From: Cyanophora paradoxa CCMP329
Taxonomy: Eukaryota > Plantae > Glaucophyta
Assembly (NCBI GenBank): GCA_004431415.1
Contig: QPMI01000143.1
Coordinates: 179,045-243,044, forward strand
Reading direction: 5' to 3'
Length of the DNA stretch: 64,000 bases
Positions 1 to 11,234 of the stretch are shown in pieces. The notes under the pieces are model-generated. The model worked only from the letters and a program-made list of their open reading frames with translations, was not told the origin of the DNA and ran no database searches. The number at the start of each line of letters is the position of its first letter. Position 1 is the stretch's first letter. The position numbers and the translations under genes were made by a program.

Positions 1-1244
1 CACCTGCGTTCGCGTCATATATATGCATCGATATCGAAATGGAGCATTTCGCAGGGGATCCCCGGAGATATCGATGATATCGATGAGGGACATCAGGCTT
101 GCAATTGCCTTCAAGTTGGGGCTTCTCCGGGATCCCGAGTCCGAGGCTCCACCTCCACCGCGTGGCACCTCTCCAGTGTCTCCATGTACGTGCACCGGCC
201 GGCCGCGCGCGCGGTATATATACGTACCTCTAGGTCTCCTCCTCTAGATCTCCTCGAGCTCGCCGAACTCTGCTGAGCTAGCCGCACCTCGATACGCGTC
301 TACGTACACGTATACGTCGTACACGTACACGGTCTATCACGTGCACGGGGGGCTGCCGCAGAAGCGGCATTAATATTTTCTGTGTTCTTTACGTACGCGT
401 TTCTTGTTCTTCTTTTTGTGTTCTTTACGTACGCGTTTTTTTGATCAGTGCATGCGCGCACTTGCACGTGACTCAGTGACTGTGAACGCGGTTCAACTTG
501 GCAACGCACACGCACGCACACATATGCATGCAGCGGCACACTGCGCATGCCGCAGACTCCGCAGTGCGGCCGGGCAGCTGGGCGCGCGCGCGCGGCTGCA
601 TGCAGCTGGCGCCGGCAGCCTGCTGCAAGTTGCAAGGCTGCAGCCTGCAGCTTCAAGCCACTGGGCCAGCAAGTTGGGCTGCTCCTGCAATCGCTGCATG
701 CTGTTGCCATCGATACTGCAGCTGTATCGCTCTAAGTTTACTCGAGCTAGCGCTCGTCTAGATCTTGGGCCCTCGGCGAGCTCGAGCTCGAGCTCGAGCT
801 CGATCTACCTCCATGATCTGGCTCGATCTATGGCGCAGACAATCGGGGCCTTTTTGGGGGGTAGTTCAGACTTCTTCGGACCCTCACGTGTCAGCTGGCG
901 AAGTTAATTAAGCTTGCGCATGCATATGCTGTGCAGGTATCATAGTAGTATGCGCGCGCGCATGCTGGCCATGCGAGTTCACCAGTACCCCCTCAATAAC
1001 ACCCGACGTGACACCCGTGCACCGGTACCCGTGACCCAGAATTCGAAGAAATGGAAAACATTTTATTTTGTGTATACGTACGTGTACCATGCATGCAGTA
1101 CGTTAGCGTGTGTACGCAGTACCCGGGCCGCGGGACTCGGGAATCGGGATAATCGGGAATAGCTATAGGGATATCGACGCGTACGTCGACTCGGCGATAT
1201 CGCGATCGCCCGAGTCGATCCCGCGGCCGCGGCCATGGCCACGG

Positions 1245-1874
1245 GGGGACCGGAGGTGGTCGTCAGGAGGCTGGAAACCCGGTGGGACGTGCCACTGGAA
1301 CCTCCCTCTTCCCCGACCGCGGCCGCGCGGCGGCCGCCCGACCCGGTCCTCCCCCGTCCTCCACCACCGCCTCACGCCCCCCCGCCTCATAATCCCCCGA
1401 TCCCCCCTCCCCCGACCGACACCTTCCCGTTCCTATGAGCCCGGCGGCTCTACCAGGCCCGCTCTTGCACGAGCGCGCCCCCACCCCCGAGCCCGCCGTG
1501 CCGACGACACGGCGGACCGTATTTTAGCGTGTACAGATTGGCTTAGGTTATAATTACTGAGCGCCTTCCCGGAGGCCATAGCTTGCTAGGTATAGTCCCA
1601 GCTGCAGTTCGTCTAGCCGTCCGCCAGTTTTTTCAGACCTTGCTCCCCCTCTCGTCCTTGGGTAGGCATCCCCTTCTCGTGTAGGACCTCCCCTGTACTG
1701 CAGCACTAGGCCTAGCCCCGGGGTAGCCTTTCCAGCTATCTCCACATCCGAGCTCCACCCGGTCCAATGTCCGAAAGGCTTAGTCCCGTAGGTTCATCTC
1801 TCGACTTGACACAGATGGACACCGCATTTCTATCTTTAGCCATTTGTCTCGGTGCGTGCGAATTCATATACTAA
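1245..1874 (+). mobile_element. 630-bp insertion with 16-bp target-site duplication; probable 5'-truncated non-LTR retrotransposon fragment
   Basis: GCGGCCATGGCCACGG flanks the insert at 1229-1244 and 1875-1890, while the paralogous copy (~8374-8389) has the empty site. The insert holds the end of an ORF (...PPPPTDTFPFL*) followed by UTR-like sequence. Confidence 0.8.
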
Positions 1875-2604
1875 GCGGCCATGGCCACGGCCGCGCCGCG
1901 GCGGGCCGGGCCGCGGCCGGCCGCGCGCGCGGGGGCCCGGCGCCGCGTGCAGACTGTGCACGATCATGATCACTGAGTCACGATCGATCATGATCACGAT
2001 CATGATCACGATCATGATCGATATCATGGCCATGGGGCGCCGCGGCAGTCATGATCATGATCATGATCAGTGCACGTCCGATCCGCCGCGGCGCCGGGCG
2101 CCCGGCTGCGGGCCGGCGCCTGCGCCCGCGGCCGGCGCCGCCCGGCCGCCGCTGCAGCCTCCTGATCATGATTAGCTGCGCATGCAGGGCCCGGCCCTCA
2201 TGACTCAGTGAGATCGCGATCGCGATTCGAATTCGAAAATTCGCGATCGAAATCCACACGCGGCGCGCGCGCGCACTGCGGCCGCCGGGCAGCCGCGTTG
2301 ACCGTCGGACCATGATCAGCTTAAACTTGCAATTGATATCAGAGTATCGCCGCCGAGTCGATCATCAGGCTGAAATGATTAATATAAGCTGCGTGTACAG
2401 CTGAATCGATCGCGTGTACAGCTAATATATAATTTGTGCATCGCCTAATAAAATCTGAAGCTGAAATCCGCGGCCTTCCGAGTTCATTAATATTATCAGA
2501 TATCATAGTATAAGCTTGAAAGGTCGAGCCCGGAAATTCGACTGTCTAACAACATCTCAATGCCGCAGTGCCGCGACAAGCTAAAGCGGCCCGTAGTCTG
2601 GGCT

Positions 2605-4126
2605 CTAAAATGCGCAGGTCGCCCTGTACACGGCGAAGAGGGCGGCGGCGCCGAGGGGCCCGAGGGAGAGGCGGGCGGCGCGGGGCGGGAGGCGGCGGAG
2701 GCGGGCGGCGGCCCACAGGAAAGCGGCGGAATCGCCGGCGACGAGGAGGAGGTCGCGGGAGAGGCGCGAGCCGCCGAGGCCGAAGAGGCCCCAGAGGACC
2801 CGCTCGGGCAGGGCGATCGCGACGTGCGCCGCCGAGACCACGAGCGGGATCGCCAGGCGGAGCGGGCCCCCACAGGAACCTGGTCGGCATTACACGCTCA
2901 GCTCAGCGAGAAAAGGATCGGGGCGGAGTCGAACCGGGGTCCTTCTCCTCGTAGGCGAAGCGGGCGTCGGTGAAGGGGAGGACGCAGGCGGCGACCAGCA
3001 GCTCCGAGAGGCTGAAGAAGAGCTGCCGCCCGTACCCGTACGCGTACCCCCCGCTCAGCTCCACTGGCTTCGCTCAGGATCGGGGGGGCGGGGGCGGGGG
3101 CGGGGGCGGGCCTGGGAGGGCAGCAGTGGCTGCTGGCCGAGGCCGCTCTCGTTCAGGTAGTTGAAGACAGCCCTGCGGGGGAGCAGAGCGGGAGGGGGGG
3201 GGGGGGGAGGGGGCGAAGGGGGTGAGGAAGGCAGGGAGGGGACGGGGAGGAGGGGGGCGGGAGGAGGGTCTTGGGGGGAGGGGGAAGGGGGAGGGGGGGC
3301 GGAGGGGTGAGGAGGTGAGAAGGCCGAGAAGGGGGGTGGGGGGTGGGGGAGGGGACCGGGGAGAGGGGGCAGGGGGGGGGGAGGGGGGGGGAAGTAGATC
3401 GGAGAAGAGAACCAGAGCAATGGATAGCTAGTGCTGGCCGGGGCGGGGGCGGGGGCGGGGGCGGGGGGGCACCATGCCCCGAAGAAGTGCGAGTAGAAGG
3501 ATGTGAGGAGGACGAAGAGCGGCCCCGCGCGCAGCGATCGCTGGGAGACGAGGTACGCCACGCGGTGAAGACCCGCCACCAGCAGCTGCGCGGGGCCGCC
3601 CACCGCGTCAGCGATCGCGATGGCCGCGCTGGCAGCCCGGCCCCGCGGGACCGGGGTACGCGACGCGCCTGCATGTAGAGGAGGAACCAGACGAGGATCC
3701 AGACCGTGACGCGCTCCATGTTGAAGTAGACGTACTTGTACCCCCTCTGGTCCATCGTCTTGCTGTGCGAGGCTGCGCGTGCGCGTGCTCAGGCTCACAG
3801 CTGTTGCTAGCTCTAGAAGCTTAGCTGTGGGGCGGCACGCCTTTGAATTTCTGGTCGAAGCAGCCGCACTCGCACTTCGCCTTGTCGACGGGGTCCGACC
3901 AGAGGTCCACTGCAGCGCGCCGCGGCCGGCCGCGGGGTGCACGTAAGCTAAGCTTAAGCAGCCTCGGGGGCGGGGGAACGCGGTGCGGGCGGGGCCGGCG
4001 CGCACCGCTGCCGGCGGCGTTGACGATCATGCCGGCCACGAAGATGAGGGCCGGGAGGGCGACGCGCCCCACGAAGAACGCCGCCGGGGCCCAGAGCTCA
4101 GCGATGGCCGTCCACGCCGCGGCCAC
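2605..4126 (-). CDS. Uncharacterised multi-pass membrane protein, copy 1 (spliced; true start unresolved)
   Basis: Exons join to ...CECGCFDQKFK..GYKYVYFNMERVTVWILVWFLLY..SFYSHFFGAW..VFNYLNE..QLFFSLSELL..RDLLLVAGD..., with hydrophobic segments and GT/GC-AG introns. Exons are conserved between copies while introns diverge. Confidence 0.7.
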
Positions 4127-7100
4127 GGCGCCTCCGCCCGCCGAGTCAGACTTCGCGCCGTACGAGCATATCTCCAGACCGGCGATGGCGAAGCGCCGCG
4201 CGGCGGGCGGGGAGTGCGCCCGATCGGATCCGGAGCCGCCCGACGCCAGCGGAAGGAGCGCGCCGCTCCCCGTGCCAATCTACGAACACAAGATTAGCTA
4301 AGCATCGCGGACGTGCTGCGGGCATTGAATACATATGCATGATCATTGAATTCAATGTTTCGAAGTCAATTAATTACTAATTACTAATTAGAATTCAATG
4401 TTTCGAAGTTAGAATAGAATTAGAAGAAATTACGGCTCAGCGGCTCTCATTAACTATATAAGAGCTCGCGAACACTAATCGAAGCAGCTGCAGATCTTTT
4501 TTTTCAACTCTGTTGCTCAAAGAAGAAACCAAGGGATATATTCACGAGCTCGATCTCGCCCGGTGGACGTCGCGATCGACTGGCCGATCGCGAGTTCGCA
4601 GTGTACGTAACTTTTAGTAGCGAAGTAATCACATGAATGCGCGTCGCGCGCGCGCGGCTCCGAAAGCGGGGCCCGAAAGAAATCGCTAATCGACATATTC
4701 TAACTCTAGCTAGCTTAAAAGGCCTGACTATGAGTGATTGCGAAATCGAATGACTTAAAAACTTTCAAATGAGAAGAACGGTAAGCATAAGTCTTCCAAT
4801 CTGTTTCATGAAAGGTGAAGCTTGAGGGTCTATATAGCTACGTATACTGTGACTGAAATCCAACTGGAAACTCTAATCCAATGATTGAATTTCGAAGGTT
4901 CCAGGAATCGAAGCTCGCACTATGTCGCGGCTGCGGCGGCGACGTCGACGGGCTTTGCACTTGGCTTTGCACGTGGGAACGGAGGGAAGCGGCCGGCCCG
5001 CGGGGAAGGTCGGAGGAGGGGGCCGGCCGGGGCGCGGCCGGCGGGCTAGGGGCGGAGGAGGAGGTGCCAGCCGATGGAGGGCGGGTCGAGGGGGATGCCG
5101 AGGGCGCGACAGACGCCGGCGAGCGCGGCCCGCGCCGCCGCCTCGTCGATCTGCCCCGGCCCCGCCGCGCGTCAGGCGCCGAGGCGACCCCGAAGGATGC
5201 GAAAGCAGGGGAAGGACCCTGAGGAGGGGGCCGGGGAGGTGGCAGTGGGCGATGCGGCGGGGGCCGGGGGCGGTCCCCGCGGGGGCGGGGGCCTGCAGCT
5301 GGTCGGGCGCCGGCTCCACGAGGAAGAAGGCGTGCCGCCTGAACGCCAGGAAGGCCTGCGCGGCGGGGCCGGGCCGGGGCCGCGGAGCCACGTCGGCGTG
5401 AGAGCCGGTACCAGAGCTAGGATCCGGAGGGCGACGATGCTAAAGCTTTAGAATAGTGGAAGCGCTCAGGGTGCGCCGGTGCCGGGGATCGCGGTATCGA
5501 TATCGATCGATGGCGAAGCTCCATCCATGCCAGCGGCGACCCGCAATCGAATTCGAGGCGCCGGCGCCGCAGCCGGCCCGCGCCCCTCTTCTTAAACGGC
5601 GCTCCTAGCGCGCGATCGTTTAAGACGGGGCCCCTCTTAGAAGGAGGTCGATCGCGATCGCCGTCGCACTCACCAGGGCGGGGGAGCTGCCCCGCTCGCC
5701 TTCGCGAAAGCGCGGCGCCGCAGCGCCCGCCGCCCCTGCGTGCGCCGGCGCCACCGCGGGCACGTCGGCCGCGCCGAGCGTGAGCTCGAGCCGAGGGCGG
5801 GGCGCATCCGAGCGCACCTTCGATTCCGGCGCGAGCGTCCGGATCCGGAGCCGCAGCTGGTGGCGGCGGCTGCTGTGCCGACGTCGACGGTACCGGATCC
5901 CGCTCAGAATCGGCGCCCGTCCGCGCGGGCGCCGGCTCGGGATCGGGCGGCGCGCCGCCCGGGCTGTGGACGGCGTCGGCGTCGGCGTCTCCCTCCCCGC
6001 CGCCGCCCTCGCATGCGCATTCCTGCGCGACGCAAGTCAACAGCGTTCGGGGCATCATGATCAGATGATCAAAACCGAAGCTGAGGCCTGGGTCTATCTA
6101 TAGCTAGCCACAGATCTCGATGTATTACACGAAGCGTAGTTCTCATGGTCAGACAGACCGAGAAGCACCAGTACCGATCGCGAGGTGGCCGCACCATGGC
6201 CAGTGAGCACCAATGGATTGCCTACGTATACGTATACGGTGGCCGTAGAAAAAGAAAAAAGAAACCGAAAGAACGCTGCACGCAGCTAAATAGAGCCTGG
6301 CGCGGCCCGGGGCGGGCCGCGGGCGGGGCAGCTGCGCAACCTTCCGACGTGGACGGCCAGACTGGGCATACACCACGGCCATCCGACGGGGAAGTTAAAG
6401 GAGAAAGGAAAAGAATATAGTGAAATCTTTGACGCGCCAGACTGAGATATCTAGAGCTGTCAGATGGGGGGAATTCGAAGTGGACTTGATGTTAAGAATC
6501 GCGGGAAAGTGCAGACCCGCGAGTATAGCGAAGCGGATATTGTCGGACGAGGAATGGGCTGACGGCCCGAAAATCGGGGGAAACAGCTGAAGAAAAGCTG
6601 AGAACAGCGGATAACGATGAAGGGATCCGCAGAAGAGAAGAGATCGTATCGAGCACATCGGAAAAGATGGAACAGTGCCATTAATTCTATCCATATGCAT
6701 GGCCACGCGGGCGCACCTCCCAGAGGGTGAGGGGCCCGAGGGAGGCGGGGACGGCGGCGGCGGCGGCGGCGGCGGCGATGACGGCCTCCGCCTCGTCGAT
6801 GTTGAGGGCGAGCCAGCCCCCCGCCCCTGCGCGCGGCACCGTCGACCGTCGCGTCAAAACGGAAGACGCAGCTGCAGGCGTGGGTCTTTAAATTTAAATT
6901 ACAGAGACGTCCGCCAGGTTACGGATGTGAGCGAGATCGCGCGCACCTTCTCCCGCGTCCGATGCGTCGATGGAATCCTCAGAGGAGACGCGGCTCGCTT
7001 TGCGGGCGCCGGCCGCGTCGCGCGCGTCCTCGTGCGCCTGTGCGAAGGATGCGCTCCGCCCGTTGACGTTGTCCATCTCTGACGTCGAAGCGTCTCCGTC

Positions 7101-7390
7101 CGCGGCAGCGGCAGCAGCGGCCGCTCGCGTTGCCGCGCGGATGTGGGCGACTGCGACCTCCAGCGACACGGGAGCCCCGAAGAGGAGCGAGGCCGACGCG
7201 TAAGCCGGCCCCGCGATGGATCTGGCACGCCGGCTCATATCTGTAACGCTGAAATCGATCCGACGTCGACAATTAGCTGTGTATGCATGAGCCGAATCCA
7301 GGAACTGATCATGAGGGCAGGAAGAACGAACGACTCCAATTGCAAATCTGCAGCTTCGATGGCGGTCCGGGCGCCAGACGCGTCGACGTC

Positions 7391-10300
7391 CACCTGCGCT
7401 CGAGTCATATATACGCGCTCGCGGGATCCCCGGAGATATCGATGATATCGACGAGGGACATATCAGGCTTGCAATTGCCTTCAAATGGGGCTTCTCCCGA
7501 GCCCGAGGCTTCTCCTCCACCTCTTCAGTGTCTCCACCGCGGCCGCGCGGCCGCGCGCGCGGTTACGTACCTCTAGATCTCCTCCTCTTGATCTCCGGGA
7601 TCCTCGAGCTCGCCGAATCAGATCTCCTCGAGCTCGCCGAACTCTGCTGATCATGAGCCGCACCTCATGATCAGTGCACGTGCACGTGACTCAGTGACTG
7701 TGAACGCGGTTCAACGCACACGCACGCATACAGCGGCACACTGTGACACTGCGCATGCGGCAGCTGGCAGCGCGCGCGGCTGCAGCTGGCGCCGGCAGCC
7801 TGCTGCAAGTTGCAAGGCTGCAGCTGCAAGCCAGCAAGTTGGGCTGCTCCTGCAATCGCTGCATGCTGTTGCCATCGCTCTAAGTTTACTCGAGCTCGTA
7901 CGCGTCTTGGGCGTTGGGCGGCTTGGGCCCTCGGCGAGCTCGAGCTCGAGCTCGATCTACCTCCATCTATGGCGCAGACAATGGGGGCCTTTTTGGGGGG
8001 TAGTTCAGACTTCTTCGGCCGGACCCTCATGATCACGTGTCAGCTGGCGAAGTTAAGCTTGCGCATGCTGCGCAGGTACCGGTATGCGCGCGCGCATGCT
8101 GGCCAGTGGCCATGCATATGCCAGTTCACCAGTACCCCCTCAATAACACCCGACGTGTCATCCGTGCACCGGTACCCGCGGCCGTGACCCAGAATTCGAA
8201 GAAATGGAAAACATTTTATTTTTGTGCGTATATATACGTGTACCAGTACGTTAGCGTGTGTACGCAGTACCCGGGCCGCGGGACTCGGGAATCGGGCCGG
8301 GCCCAAAAATAATCGGGAATAGGGATATCGACGCGTACGTCGACTCGGCGATATCGCGATCGATCCCGCGGCCGCGGCCATGGCCACGGCCGCGCCGCGG
8401 CGGGCCGGGCCGCGGCCGGCCGCGCGGGGCCCGGCCCGGCGCCGCGTGCAGACTGTGCACGATCATGCATATGATCACGATCACTGAGTCATGATCACGA
8501 TCATGATCATGGCCATGGGGCGCCGCGGCAGTCATGATCATGATCATGATCAGTGCACGTCCGCCGCGGCGCCGGGCGCCCGGCTGCGGGCCGGCGCCTG
8601 CGGCCCGCGGCCGGCGCCGCCCGGCCGCCGCTGCAGCCTCCTGATCATGATTAGCTGCGCATGCAGGGCCCGGCCCTCATGACTCAGTGAGATCGCGATC
8701 GCGATTCGAATTCGAAAATTCGCGATCAAAATCCACACGCGGCGCGCGCGCGCACTGCGGCCGCCGGGCAGCCGCGTTGACCGTCGGACCATGATCAGCT
8801 CAAACTTGCAAGTTGCAATTGATATCAGAGTATCGCCGCCGAGTCGATCATCAGGCTGAAATGATTAATATTAATATAAGCTGCGTGTACAGCTGAATCG
8901 ATCGCGTGTACAGCTAATATATAATTTGTGCATCATGGCATCGCCTAATAAAATCTGAAGCTGAAATCCGCGGCCTTCCGAGTTCATTAATATTATCAGA
9001 TATCATAGTATAAGCTTGAAAGGTCGAGCCCGGAAATTCGACTGTCTAACAACATCTCAATGCCGCAGTGCCGCGACAAGCTAAAGCGGCCCGTAGTCTG
9101 GGCTCTAAAATGCGCAGGTCGCCCTGTACACGGCGAAGAGGGCGGCGGCGCCGAGGGGCACGTAGGCGTGGGGCGGGGCGCTGAGGGGCCCGAGGGAGAG
9201 GCGGGCGGCGCGGGGCGGGAGGCGGCGGAGGCGGGCGGCGGCCCACAGGAAAGCGGCGGAATCGCCGGCGACGAGGAGAATGTCACGGGAGAGGCGCGAG
9301 CCGCCGAGGCCAAAGAGGCCCCAGAGGACCCGCTCGGGCAGGGCGATCGCGACGTGCGCCGCCGAGACCACGAGCGGGATCGCCAGGCGGAGCGGGCCCC
9401 CGCAGGAGCCTGGTCGGCATTACACGCTCAGCTCAGCGAGAAAAGGATCGGGGCGGAGTCGAACCGGGGTCCTTCTCCTCGTAGGCGAAGCGGGCGTCGG
9501 TGAAGGGGAGGACGCAGGCGGCGACCAGCAGCTCCGAGAGGCTGAAGAAGAGCTACCGCCCGTACCCGTACGCGTAACCCCCGCTCAGCTCCACTGGCTT
9601 CGCTCAGGACTGGGGGGGGCGGGGGCGGGGGCGGGGGCGGGCCTGGGAGGGCAGCAGTGGCTGCTGGCCGAGGCCGCTCTCGTTCAGGTAGTTGAAGACA
9701 GCCCTGCGGGGGAGCAGAGCGGGAGGGGGGGGGGGGGGGGGGGGAGGGGGTGGAGAGAGAGAGAGGGGGGCGTCACGATCAGCGCTAGCGGGTGAGGGCA
9801 AGGTGGGTGAGGAGGGGGGGGGGGGGGCGGGGGAGATGTGTGTGTGGGAGGGAGGGGGGGGAGGGGGGGGGAGGAAGGGGCCGTGGGGGGAGGGGGGAAG
9901 GGGAGGGGGGGGGCAGAGAAGGGGTATGACAAAGTGACAGAGAGTGGAACGGAGAAGGGACTCCGGGAACCAGAGAAGGGGATAGCCGGTTCTGGCCGGG
10001 GCGGGGCCGGGGGCGGGGGCGGGGGCGGGGGGCACCATGCCCCGAAGAAGTGCGAGTAGAAGGATGTGAGGAGGACGAGGAGCGGCGCCACGCGCAGCGA
10101 TCGCTGGGAGACGAGGTACGCCACGCGGTGAAGACCCGCCACCAGCAGCTGCGCGGGGCCGCCCACCGAGTCAGCGATCCCGATGGCCGCGCTGGCAGCC
10201 CGGCCACCGGCCCCGCGGGCCCGGGGTACGGGGCGCGCCTGCATGTAGAGGAGGAACCAGACGAGGATCCAGACCGTGACGCGCTCCATGTTGAAGTAGA

Positions 10301-10889
10301 CGTACTTGTACCCCCTCTGGTCCATCGTCTTGCTGTGCGACGCTGCGCGTGCGCGTGCTCAGGCTCACAGCTGTAGCTAGCTCTAGAAGCTTAGCTGTGG
10401 GGCGGCGCGCCTTTGAATTTCTGGTCGAAGCAGCCGCACTCGCACTTCGCCTTGTCGACGGGGTCCGACCAGAGGTCCACTGCAGCGCCGCGGCCGGCCG
10501 CGGGGTGCACGTAAGCTAAGCTTAAGCAGCCTCGGGGGCGGGGGAGCGCGGTGCGGGCGGGGCCGGCGCGCACCGCTGCCGGCGGCGTTGACGATCATGC
10601 CGGCCACGAAGATGAGGGCCGGGAGGGCGACGCGCCCCACGAAGAACGCCGCCGGGGCCCAGAGCTCAGCGATGGCCGTCCACGCCGCGGCCACGGCGCC
10701 TCCGCCCGCCGAGTCAGACTTCGCGCCGTACGAGCATATCTCCAGACCGGCGATGGCGAAGCGCCGCGCGGCGGGCGGGGAGTGCGCCCGATCGGATCCG
10801 GAGCCGCGCGACGCCAGCGGAATGAGCGCGCCGCTCCCCGTGCCATTCTACGAGCACAAGATTAGCTAAGCATTGCGGACGTGCTGCGG
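7391..10889. repeat. Segmental duplication, copy 2
   Basis: Colinear with 1-4321; lacks the insertions at ~290-440 and 1245-1874. Confidence 0.95.
9105..10694 (-). CDS. Uncharacterised multi-pass membrane protein, copy 2 (spliced; true start unresolved)
   Basis: Near-identical exons to 2605-4126; the last exon has an extra in-frame 30 nt (SAPPHAYVPL). Confidence 0.7.
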
Positions 10890-11234
10890 GGCCCAGCCGC
10901 CGAGCTGCTGGCGCAGGTCGCAGCCGGCGGCGGTCCGACCACGAAACCGTGACGCACCAGCACCCCATCTCCCGCCATCGGTCGCGGGCCCAAGGCGCCG
11001 CAGGTGCGCTAGCTGATTTCACTAACCGCCCGAGCCGCTGAGCTCCTCCGATTCAATTTGCAAGTCGGAAGTTCAGGATCGGGGGGTATAGAGTCCGACG
11101 TCAGGCCAGGGTACGGCGTCTACAATTCGAAGGCACTGAGCGCACAGCCAGGCCGGAGAGGAAGGCGCGGCCCGCGTCGGCGCCTCGGCCGCGCAAAGCA
11201 GTCTTGAAACCCGCTGGCGCCACACCAAGCGAAC

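Larger units (their letters stand above)
1..4321. repeat. Segmental duplication, copy 1 (paralogous to 7391-10889; may extend left of the window)
   Basis: Colinear similarity from position 1 (cacctgcgttcgcgtcatat) with 7391 (cacctgcgctcgagtcatat) through to gcggacgtgctgcgg at ~4320 and ~10889. Confidence 0.95.

Noticed and set aside
23-2500. Numerous ORFs in palindrome-rich DNA (also 7400-9000)
   Set aside because: Frames are not conserved between the two copies, and the peptides are low-complexity products of palindromic repeats.
4873-7250. GC-rich ORFs between the duplicate copies
   Set aside because: No recognisable domain or consistent exon chain; possibly decayed genes but not supportable.
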